Shown: piece after piece, positions 55,601-63,356 of the stretch
Position numbering within the stretch: position 1 is the stretch's first letter
Layout: every line of letters begins with the position of its first letter
NCBI GenBank assembly: GCA_963677165.2
Contig: CAXXSX010000002.1
Location: forward strand, 421,988 to 485,987
Length of the DNA stretch: 64,000 nucleotides
From: Victivallales bacterium
GTDB taxonomy: Bacteria > Verrucomicrobiota > Lentisphaeria > Victivallales > SZUA-371
Reading direction: 5' to 3'
Position numbers and translations under genes: made by a program
Notes under the pieces: model-generated
Seen by the model: only the letters and a program-made list of their open reading frames with translations
Told to the model about the DNA's origin: nothing
The model's database searches: none

Positions 55601-55777
55601 ATTATACAAACTGATGACGAACAGGCTGAAATAAAATTGTTCGGTTCTTCACAGGATACTTTATATTTCCATGAAGGAACTGACTCTCCTCCGGTAAAAC
55701 ATGTTGTGGAGTTTAACAATCATGCTACTGAAATTATTTTAATATTAAATAAATCTCAACTCAAGGCAAAAAAATGA
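52661..55777 (+). CDS. Cytoplasmic 1038-aa protein of unknown function (possible glycoside-hydrolase-like)
   Basis: Long uninterrupted ORF with no signal peptide. ATG at 52661 (the ORF track uses the TTG at 52646). Its stop overlaps the sulfatase start. The C-terminal LLLGGWNTMQAEDHQKLKDYVINGGTLFTG resembles the GH42-type trimerisation / GATase-like domain. Confidence 0.6.
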   Translation: MIIDFRIDFGYSMLYTRRYSHPICVWDGHMDCRHGKILRMYKLEYPFNYSGPAYDAEETPLPNHSWQITTRRNLAGLRIIAEVTDNSIFVFHSSMGDFEIPYERIAREKYFNIPVGDSEIHSSLIINESNYYWFQPSFRPEQQVFHPADMNLLRKNHFRMDCAWLPPQGEVDFIINVPNADCVPDQIAEGLLHLVVMAASAPHNGTPDSVHDQFPMALALDGQNIDVFDQYLRDHDLTMQIMTDIWRRFAVSPGKHTLTLKNLHQFFYLTLHKVIFEVKSTRHLQMTLPHWCLCNETYTGKIYATQADTVSLEFQNQEMQLELKSGWNEFDFVLSQSGQNIEFCAISGTVQSSEIIPEVYALSQEAPIVKVGCDMTTVPHDDNGFMDWLLDYIVRTQMGNFILFRPFHYEKVDNFVMTKANAKSMARFGSFCKQHRLYAELASSFIEPDIVKTAGNFFRAAGKHEYPGLSYQAKSRPPFRSYDLKEAAEKFISCLRENIQKTRQFSPMVSYGDASGAARYCYLAGVDFLRSETLVGHTMHLCSLARPAAESLGKGDWGVHIAIQHNLQPFTKDHLGLFFVSLLQPWMMGAKVFDEEDSLFCLFKEERQSWDDYCTKGKREMLRWFYRFVQTHPRQGDPVRNFASIEGRYAPPFHSFNAYSDRDCSIWGAFGNESEQWQYREPEKIRLVLEMLMPGYFLDPFKQKHEKTRFFFSGTPYGDFDQVPIEADENYLSKYKLLLLGGWNTMQAEDHQKLKDYVINGGTLFTGIMQFVTDTSRDFLPDTTNAKLYRDGDLSELCGVKILGAGPEFSGQWQTAQKTTFNQDELSSLPTFPEQYDLSCRIADIELTDAEVTVWDGENGLPLIIRKKIGKGCVYLLTLWAYMGQKQTLELVTSYLERLLKDVRPDIRVQNADNDVFWSTWNDGSLYMLNINWSRPGSHKDVRIITPETQFDMQLAERHAYIIYTLPFGAFYLQNNSHAEIIQTDDEQAEIKLFGSSQDTLYFHEGTDSPPVKHVVEFNNHATEIILILNKSQLKAKK

Positions 55778-57213
55778 AGAAGAAAAACATTCTTTATATC
55801 ATGACCGATCAGCAGTGTCGTAATACGCTTGGACTTTATGGCCTTTTGCCAGTAAAAACACCACATCTTGACAGTTTAGCTGCCGATGCGATGCGATTTG
55901 ATCAGGCATATACCGTGTGTCCGCTTTGTACCCCGGCACGAGCCTCTATGTTAACTGGACGTTACCCGCACGCTCACGGATTGTTATCGAATTTTGCCGT
56001 TTGGCCGGATTCTGACTTTCCGGCTGATACAAAATTACTGAATCATTATCTAAAGTCTCAAAAATATCGTACCGGTTACATTGGCAAATGGCATTGCGGC
56101 GAATCCCAGGGACCTTCAGATTTTGGTTTTGAAGGATTGAGCAATCAGGGCGTATTGGGTTACGGCGGGGCATGCCGGACTCGTGAATATGAGGACTATT
56201 TGCAGAAAAATCATTTGGAACGAAATGAAATCATTTCCCAATATGATTATTACGGAGGTACTTTTAGCGGGTATTCCCGTGGAGATATTCGTGCCAATCA
56301 AGACTATTTTTTAAGTTCCTATGCCATGGATTTGCTGGATACGTTTGAGCAGGAAAGTCCGGATCAGCCATGGTTTTTGTTTTTGTCGTTTTGGAATCCG
56401 CATTCTCCGCTGATTCCCCCGGAAGAGTATCGTGAGCTTTATTCTCCTGAGTCGATAGAATTGAGCGGAACTTTGCATGAAGATTTGTCGGCAAAACCCG
56501 AATATCAGGCATATTTTCGCGACAATTACTGTAATACGGCCTGGACCGAAAATGACTGGAAAAATATCCTTTGTTCCTACTACGGACAAATCACTTTCCT
56601 TGATGCTCAGATCGGACGCTTGTTGGAGTATCTGAAAAAGCAGGGAACCTATGATGATACCTTAATTCTCTTCAGTGCTGACCATGGAGACTATCTCGGA
56701 GCCCATGGTGGTATGCATGACAAAGAAAGAGCCCTTTATGAAGAAATTATGAAAGTTCCCTTGATCGTAAAACTACCCCAAGGAGAATCTCATCCTGGAG
56801 TTTGCCATAAATTTGTTTCTAATATGGACTTAGCTGCCAGTTGTCTCGATTTTGCTGGAATAGAAATACCGGATAATTTTCATAGTCGGTCATTATTGTC
56901 GCTTGCGAGAAAACCCGAAAGCGAGTGGGATGATGATTTCGTCGCAGAATTCAACGGACACAAATATTTGGCCTCTTCACGAATGGTGCGTTTCAGCCAC
57001 TGGAAATATTGTTATAATCCTGGAACGAAAGATGAATTGTACGATCTTTCTGTGGATTCGGGAGAACAATATAACTTGATTGATAAACCGCAGTATACCG
57101 AAATTGTAAAAGAAAGCAAAGATCGTTTGCTGAAGTGGATGCAGAAAACAGATGATAATCTTTGCAACTGGTCGCAAAATTATCTTTCTCAATCTGGGAT
57201 AGCCGCCCAATAA
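55774..57213 (+). CDS. Cys-type sulfatase with no signal peptide (predicted cytoplasmic)
   Basis: NILYIMTDQQ..., and CPLCTPARASMLTGRYPH with the C-x-P-x-R formylglycine motif, here CTPAR. Further family motifs: GKWH and ADHGD. Confidence 0.85.
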   Translation: MKKKNILYIMTDQQCRNTLGLYGLLPVKTPHLDSLAADAMRFDQAYTVCPLCTPARASMLTGRYPHAHGLLSNFAVWPDSDFPADTKLLNHYLKSQKYRTGYIGKWHCGESQGPSDFGFEGLSNQGVLGYGGACRTREYEDYLQKNHLERNEIISQYDYYGGTFSGYSRGDIRANQDYFLSSYAMDLLDTFEQESPDQPWFLFLSFWNPHSPLIPPEEYRELYSPESIELSGTLHEDLSAKPEYQAYFRDNYCNTAWTENDWKNILCSYYGQITFLDAQIGRLLEYLKKQGTYDDTLILFSADHGDYLGAHGGMHDKERALYEEIMKVPLIVKLPQGESHPGVCHKFVSNMDLAASCLDFAGIEIPDNFHSRSLLSLARKPESEWDDDFVAEFNGHKYLASSRMVRFSHWKYCYNPGTKDELYDLSVDSGEQYNLIDKPQYTEIVKESKDRLLKWMQKTDDNLCNWSQNYLSQSGIAAQ

Positions 57214-57238
57214 TAACACTCTATCTGGTAGATATTTA

Positions 57239-58750
57239 ATGAATTTCAGACCTCCAAAAGGTAAATCGTTGTGGGACAGTTGGATTTATGTCCAAAACGA
57301 AAATACTTATCATCTTTTTTATCTTGAAACCGTTGATCGGATATACGATCATATTGGTCATGCCGTTAGTACCGACCTTATAAATTGGGAAGAACTCCGT
57401 TCAATATCGGTCAGCGGAGCTCCCGGCTCCTGGAATAGTCGGATTACGCTCACCGGCATGGTAACACCGTTCCAGGGGAAATACTATATGCTGCTTGGTG
57501 GCTATGCCCCTGAAAACCCTGACAAGGCAATAGAAATTATTGGACGGTATGTATCCGACGACCTTGAAAACTGGCAGGAAGACAAATCATTTCCGTTGTT
57601 GAAGCCATCTTTTCCCTACATGACGGAATGTGATATTTCCTGTGATTGCCGTCACTGGCGTGATCTTTCGCTGTCTTATGACCAAAACAACCAATGGTTT
57701 GATGGCTATCTGATGACGAAGGTAAAACCGGTATCTCCAGATGACTTCGGAACTGCTGTTGGTCATATACGTTCTCGGGATCTGGTGCATTGGGAGATGT
57801 TGGAACCAATCGCGCGTCAAAAACATTTCTATAATATGGAAGTTCCGGAGGTATTTGAATTTAATGGTCGATATTATCTTACTTTTTCAACCAACAGCCT
57901 TACCGGGTTAAAGATAAATTCATCTCGTGGAACAGCATTGCGTGGTACATTTTATTTAACCTCGTCTTCCCGTAATGGCCCTTTTACTTTGCCTCCTGAT
58001 CCATTTCTGATCGGTAGCGGTCATGGTCACTGGGAATCTTATGTGGGGCGAACCCTGGAACAGGATGATCAAAGAATACTTTACCATCACATGGGAAATC
58101 CATTCGAAGTTCGGCCAGCATGGGGAACGCCTAAAAAACTGGCATCTGACAGCGAAGGCAATCTGCATTTGGAATATCTACCGGTATTGCAAAAAATGGA
58201 AAACGGAAAATCGTTTCCTTTAAAAACGCATATTGAGACTGGTGACCGACAAGATCTTATTGGATATTGGAAACGAAACAATAAAGATTATTTTGGTAAG
58301 AACTATTTAGCTGGTACATCCTGCCGGATTGCTGACGATGTCGATAACTGTCATTTCAAGGTGGATTTGTTTCCCGAGGGTAATGGAATGTTTGGTATTA
58401 TTTTCCGGCAGAGCGAATATCAGGCAGGAGCATTTATACTGGACTTGGAGCATCAAAGTATTTTTGTTGGTAATGCAGATATTCCTCCTGACTATAACTA
58501 TGCCCATGGAATGTTTGGTTGGGACTTTTGTATCCATGACCAAACACAACTACCAGAAATGATCAAAGGAAAATATGAGCTGCGGATATTCCTTCGTAAC
58601 GAGTTCTGCGAAGTATATGTAAATGATATTTGGTGTTTTTCTGCTACTTTACCCAAGCTGGCTTCATGCGGAGCTTTAAGTTTATATGTCGAACGGGGAG
58701 AAGCACACTTTGAGAATCTTCACCTAGCCCAACTTAATCCACTACTTTAA
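57239..58750 (+). CDS. Five-bladed beta-propeller glycoside hydrolase (GH32/GH43-like) with a C-terminal beta-sandwich, cytoplasmic
   Basis: The N-terminal LWDSWIY..NTYHLFYL and later FNGRYYLTFS blade-like repeats are present. The C-terminal jelly-roll-like region has EVYVNDIW. The family is not resolved by eye. Confidence 0.5.
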   Translation: MNFRPPKGKSLWDSWIYVQNENTYHLFYLETVDRIYDHIGHAVSTDLINWEELRSISVSGAPGSWNSRITLTGMVTPFQGKYYMLLGGYAPENPDKAIEIIGRYVSDDLENWQEDKSFPLLKPSFPYMTECDISCDCRHWRDLSLSYDQNNQWFDGYLMTKVKPVSPDDFGTAVGHIRSRDLVHWEMLEPIARQKHFYNMEVPEVFEFNGRYYLTFSTNSLTGLKINSSRGTALRGTFYLTSSSRNGPFTLPPDPFLIGSGHGHWESYVGRTLEQDDQRILYHHMGNPFEVRPAWGTPKKLASDSEGNLHLEYLPVLQKMENGKSFPLKTHIETGDRQDLIGYWKRNNKDYFGKNYLAGTSCRIADDVDNCHFKVDLFPEGNGMFGIIFRQSEYQAGAFILDLEHQSIFVGNADIPPDYNYAHGMFGWDFCIHDQTQLPEMIKGKYELRIFLRNEFCEVYVNDIWCFSATLPKLASCGALSLYVERGEAHFENLHLAQLNPLL

Positions 58751-59314
58751 GTAACAACAGTTGAAAACTTTCATTGTTGGAATGAAAAATCCAAGAAATA
58801 TTCATGGAGTCTCCAGTGGGTTGGAGACTCTGAACTCCACAAAGATATTACCTGTATTCCCAATCTGGAAATCTCAGAAGACGGACACATCCACATTCAT
58901 GTACCAATATGCCTGAAGCGTAATAAAGGGCGAAAGCTTGTTATTGCTCCAAAAGCCCTGGATGGAGATATTTCCGGGGCTCCGTCGGCAAAACAGGAAA
59001 CGTTCATTCGGGCAATCGCTACGTCCTGGCAATGGGCAAAAATAGTCGAATCCGGTGAGGTTAAAAATATTTCCGAACTTGCGAAAAAAGTGAAAGTATG
59101 TCGTCCCTATACGTCAAGAATTCTGTCGCTGGTCAATCTATCTCCTGATGTAATCGAAGCCATTGCTTACGGACGGGAGCCCAACAATCTCTCGCTCCAG
59201 AGACTCATCTACGGCTATCCCGACGACTGGGAGGAACAATGGCAGCAGCTGGGATTTGAGGTAAATAAACCGGAATCCCCACCTGAAAAAACTTGCATTC
59301 CAGCTCAAAATTGA
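58751..59314 (+). pseudogene. C-terminal fragment of a recombinase-family (resolvase-type) protein, with no start codon or catalytic domain
   Basis: The frame is open from the GH gene stop. ...WQWAKIVESGEVKNISELAKKVKVCRPYTSRILSLVNLSPDVIEAIAYGREPNNLSLQRL...PDDWEEQWQQLGF matches the conserved tail (LLaPdIveaIldGrqP...W..Q) that I recall from recombinase-family proteins. Confidence 0.45.
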
Positions 59315-59393
59315 TTATATTATCACAAGTCGCTATAAGCAATTAATTTACATCTCCTTCGAAACGGAGATATTCAAACCAAGGGGAATCACC

Positions 59394-59570
59394 ATGGATC
59401 ACAATTTTTATGATGTGAAAGCCAAAGCAAAAGTCACTGCAAAAGTAACCGAGAAAGTAACCTACGGCAAACCCGGAAACGAACGTTATGCGTTCAAAGC
59501 AAAAACTTCAGATGGTCGTAACCTGACCGCTTTCGTCGGTAAAGATACCTGGGATAAAGCCAAGATATAA
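59394..59570 (+). CDS. 58-aa lysine-rich small protein (possible DNA/RNA-binding)
   Basis: My own translation: MDHNFYDVKAKAKVTAKVTEKVTYGKPGNERYAFKAKTSDGRNLTAFVGKDTWDKAKI. RBS AAGGGGA. A strong terminator follows. Confidence 0.55.
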   Translation: MDHNFYDVKAKAKVTAKVTEKVTYGKPGNERYAFKAKTSDGRNLTAFVGKDTWDKAKI

Positions 59571-59587
59571 TAGATATTCTTTCCCTG

Positions 59588-59621
59588 CCGTTCTTCGTTT
59601 TTATCCGAAGAACGGTTTTTT
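59588..59621 (+). terminator. Rho-independent terminator
   Basis: CCGTTCTTCG-N8-CGAAGAACGG followed by TTTTTT. Confidence 0.8.
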
Positions 59622-59845
59622 CGTTTAATGAAGCGTTAAATTTCGATCTAGTAAAGCATGATTCCCTTGCAAACCGGTATTTTTTGCCACTTTGAAGTTT
59701 TGAAACTGTACAAAATGGCACCACTTAAAAACACTCTTGCAACTATTTTACTAGACATTATAATTCAGCATAGAAATGCAAAAAAACAAGTTCTGAAATC
59801 TTGTTCCATATGATAGATTTTTGAAAGTTTTCCCATATTTGGTTT

Positions 59846-60193
59846 TCAATAATATTGCGATGGTGGACATATTTCACCGGAAAATGTAATAAGGTCTTCT
59901 GCAGAGGCAAGGGATTCCCTTATGAATTTGTATATTCGCTTCTCAATGATGTCCCTGTCAATCATGCCGTATCCTGTTGTTTCGGAGATTCTTTTCAACT
60001 CATCTTGAAGCAAATTACATTTAGCTATTGCCTTTTGCAAATCAGTTGTATCAAGGGATACTCTGATTTCTCTACCGGAAGCATAGCCAGGGATGCGACA
60101 CCGGAAGTAATAATGACCGTTTCTGTCTACAAGGTTTTTGACTTTTACTTTCATGTATAACTCCATTTTAGAATTAAAACTAAAATGCGTCAC
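59846..60193 (-). pseudogene. Tyrosine integrase, N-terminal arm-binding fragment only
   Basis: VKNLVDRNGHYYFRCRIPGYASGREIRVSLDTTDLQKAIAKCN is the typical N-terminus of tRNA-targeting (P4-type) integrases. It is about 100-115 aa, against about 400 aa for full-length integrases of this type as I recall. No catalytic domain follows. Confidence 0.6.
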
Positions 60194-60270
60194 ACTGGAT
60201 TTGTCGGAGAGAAGATAGCTCGAACCTCAATCATTCACATTTGAGCGTGAAATGAAGAATCTGGATACAA

Positions 60271-60363
<93 letters not shown>

Positions 60364-60814
60364 GCTTGACATATTTTGCAAAGTCATTTGCGGTAAAATC
60401 ATTGAGAGACATATATCAATTATCTCTCGGGAGTAGTACAATAGCGCTGAACTGAAAATCATCAAATCAATATTTGAAAAATTTCAAGATTTTTTATGTT
60501 TTTAAGTCTCAAACAAGATAAATGAAAAAGCTCTCCTCACGGCATAATCCTGATATTATACGACTTATGATGATATCAGCCAAACCATATACTAACAAAA
60601 AAAACTGTGGATTTTCTTTAAAATGACTTGCAGAATTGCAAAAAAATGGTATTTTACAAATTCTTTAGTCCCGGTTAATTGTATAAAAAGATCTTTTTAA
60701 TACGATATATCGGAGAAAACCAAACAAAAAGGTTGGCTGCTGACGGCGTCAAAATTAATTTTAATAACCAAACGTCGATGTCGCGGAAAAGCTACCGAAA
60801 AGAAAGAGGAAAAA

Positions 60815-61771
60815 ATGGCTAAGATCACAATCAAAGACCTGTTGGAAGCCGGTTGTCATTTCGGACACCAGACGAAACGCTGGAACCCTAAAATGAAAGA
60901 ATATGTTTTCGGCGCAAAGAATGGTATCTCTATCATCGACTTGACCAAGACAATGCATCAGATTGCCGATGCCTGCAATTTTCTGCAGCACAAAGTTATG
61001 GAAGGTGCCGATGTCCTGTTTGTAGGAACAAAGCGTCAGGCTCAGCAGATCATCCGCGAAACTGCCGATAAAACCGGAATGTATTATGTATCTGAACGCT
61101 GGATGGGTGGAACTCTGACGAACAATGTTACTATCCGTAAAAGCATCTCCCGCATGTATGAAATCGACAAAACAATGGACTCCGGTGAAGCCAATTCCCT
61201 CAAGAAAAAAGAACTTGCTTCTCTAAACAGAAAATGCGAAAAACTGCATCGCGACCTTGATGGTATCGCAAAAATGAAAAAGACTCCCGGTGTTATGGTT
61301 GTTGTTGACGTTTGTCATGATGCCATCGCAATCCGCGAAGCTAAGAAACTGGGCATTCCGATTGTTGCAATTTGCGATACAAATGGCGATCCGACCAACA
61401 TTGATTATCCTGTAGCCGCTAATGACGATGCGGTAAAATCAATCAAAATCATCATTGACTTGTTTGCCGACGCAATCAGCGTTGCATCTGAAATCTATCA
61501 GAAAAAAGTAGTTGAAGAAAAAGCAAAAGCTGACGCCGAAGCAAAAGCAAAAGCTGAAGAAAAGAAGGCTGAAGCCAAAGAAAAGGCTGAAAAGAAAGCC
61601 GCAGCTAAAAAATCAACAGCTAAAAAACCAGCTCCTAAAGCTGAAAAGAAAGCTGAAGAAAAACCTGTAGCAAAAGAAGTTAAGGTTGAAGAAAAAGCTG
61701 AAAAGCCTAAAGCTGAAGAAAAACCTGCTGAAGAAGCCAAGGTTGAAGAAAAAGCTGAAGCAGCTGAATAA
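60815..61771 (+). CDS. rpsB: 30S ribosomal protein S2 with a Lys/Ala/Glu-rich C-terminal extension
   Basis: MAKITIKDLLEAGCHFGHQTKRWNPKM is the canonical S2 N-terminus. The body is conserved. The last ~85 aa are KAEEK-type low complexity. Confidence 0.95.
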   Translation: MAKITIKDLLEAGCHFGHQTKRWNPKMKEYVFGAKNGISIIDLTKTMHQIADACNFLQHKVMEGADVLFVGTKRQAQQIIRETADKTGMYYVSERWMGGTLTNNVTIRKSISRMYEIDKTMDSGEANSLKKKELASLNRKCEKLHRDLDGIAKMKKTPGVMVVVDVCHDAIAIREAKKLGIPIVAICDTNGDPTNIDYPVAANDDAVKSIKIIIDLFADAISVASEIYQKKVVEEKAKADAEAKAKAEEKKAEAKEKAEKKAAAKKSTAKKPAPKAEKKAEEKPVAKEVKVEEKAEKPKAEEKPAEEAKVEEKAEAAE

Positions 61772-61805
61772 TTAATATATTTTATAATTTGGGAGATATT
61801 ACATT

Positions 61806-62603
61806 ATGGCTATTACTGCCGCAATGGTAAAAGATCTGCGCGAAAAGACTGGCGCAGGCATGATGGATTGCAAGAAAGCTCTTGCAGCCGCCGATGGTGA
61901 TATGGAAAAAGCAGTTGAAAACCTGCGTAAATCAGGTATCGCCAAAGCTGAAAAGAAAGCCGCAAGGGCAACGAAAGAAGGTCGTATTGCTACTTCTATT
62001 GAAGGTGGTAAAGGCGCTATCGTTGAAGTTCTCTGCGAAACAGATTTTGTTGCTACCAACGAAAAATTCAACGACTTCCTGTCTACTGTAGCGGCTGACG
62101 CTATGGCACTTGATGGCAATGGTGATATTACCGAAGCTATCAATGAAAAAGAAAAAGATGCTCTGGTTTCCATGATTGCCACAATCGGAGAAAACATGCA
62201 GCTCCGCAGAGCAGCAAAATGGGAAAGCGCTGGACAAATCGCATCCTACATCCATCAGGGCGGACGTATCGTTGTGATGGTTGATGTTGAAGGCGAAGCC
62301 GATGCGGAAACTCTCAGTGATCTCTGCATGCATATCGCAGCTTTCAGCCCGGCTTATATTACTCCGGAAGATATTCCTGCCGAAGCAGTCGAAAAGGAAA
62401 AGGAAATCGCAGCTGCTCAGATGGCTGGAAAACCTGCAAATATCATCGACAAGATCATCGGTGGCAAAATCAACAAGTGGTACTCAGAAGTATGCTTGGT
62501 AAAACAGCCTTGGATCAAGGATGACAAAACTTGCTTTGCAAAGCTGGCTCAAAAAGCCACTATCAAACGTTTTGTCCGCTGGTCTATCTCTGACGAGATT
62601 TAA
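61806..62603 (+). CDS. tsf: Elongation factor Ts
   Basis: MAITAAMVKDLREKTGAGMMDCKKAL is the canonical EF-Ts UBA-like N-terminus. It lies immediately downstream of rpsB. Confidence 0.95.
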   Translation: MAITAAMVKDLREKTGAGMMDCKKALAAADGDMEKAVENLRKSGIAKAEKKAARATKEGRIATSIEGGKGAIVEVLCETDFVATNEKFNDFLSTVAADAMALDGNGDITEAINEKEKDALVSMIATIGENMQLRRAAKWESAGQIASYIHQGGRIVVMVDVEGEADAETLSDLCMHIAAFSPAYITPEDIPAEAVEKEKEIAAAQMAGKPANIIDKIIGGKINKWYSEVCLVKQPWIKDDKTCFAKLAQKATIKRFVRWSISDEI

Positions 62604-62628
62604 TAAGCTACGACATCATTGATTATTC

Positions 62629-62662
62629 CGGACGGAAGCAAATGCTTCCGTCCGTTTTTTTT
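62629..62662 (+). terminator. Rho-independent terminator of rpsB-tsf
   Basis: CGGACGGAAGC-aaat-GCTTCCGTCCG followed by T8. Confidence 0.85.
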
Positions 62663-62740
62663 GTACTCACAACTGTTTTCCGATTTGTATATTTTCAAGA
62701 AACAGTTATTGTGTATAATCAACTTCAGAAAGGGTTAATC

Positions 62741-63325
62741 ATGAAAAAATGGTTTTGTTCCGTTTTAACGATACTTGTGCTTCCGCTAATAATGTTTACA
62801 GCCGGATGTCGCCAGATAAGTGTTGCAGAAGTTCTTCAGCAACCACAAAATGCTACAATTTATACCCAACATAATCTCTGGTATGATACCGGAAATACAA
62901 TTTCTTCCATCAACTATCAGTCGGGCAGATTACTTAGACTCGGTACAGAAGTAAAAATTATCAGCGCCACTGACTCCTCCATTAAATTTAAAACCGGAGA
63001 AGGCAAGGTTTTTACGATTGACTTCAAACCGGAATGGATGATGCTGTCAATGCCAGCATATATCAAACAGACCTTCACACTCAAATCCTCGGAAAAACTC
63101 TGTTCCGGACTGAATCGCAACCAGATTAGCGACATTATGCATGGCGTAGTTAAAAAAGGCATGACCCGCAGAGAAGTCCTGCTTTGCTGCGGACCACCAC
63201 CCGCGTGCCGAACTCCTTCCGTTACATGTGACACATGGGTTTACTGGACCGATAGATATACCACCGTCAGAGTGGTTTTCAAAAACAATAAAGTGGTTGA
63301 AATCATTTCGCTAAAAACCTTATAA
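62741..63325 (+). CDS. Lipoprotein with a BamE/SmpA_OmlA-like C-terminal domain
   Basis: From the ATG at 62741: [23 protein letters not shown] (lipobox). The C-terminus ([16 protein letters not shown]...WVYW...[11 protein letters not shown]) follows the BamE-like pattern. Confidence 0.6.
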   Translation: MKKWFCSVLTILVLPLIMFTAGCRQISVAEVLQQPQNATIYTQHNLWYDTGNTISSINYQSGRLLRLGTEVKIISATDSSIKFKTGEGKVFTIDFKPEWMMLSMPAYIKQTFTLKSSEKLCSGLNRNQISDIMHGVVKKGMTRREVLLCCGPPPACRTPSVTCDTWVYWTDRYTTVRVVFKNNKVVEIISLKTL

Positions 63326-63356
63326 TGAGCATTTATTCCGGGAGCATTTCTTTACT

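Noticed and set aside
59494-59724. 76-aa minus-strand ORF
   Set aside because: It overlaps the better-supported plus-strand 58-aa gene and runs through its terminator hairpin. It has no RBS and an implausible composition.
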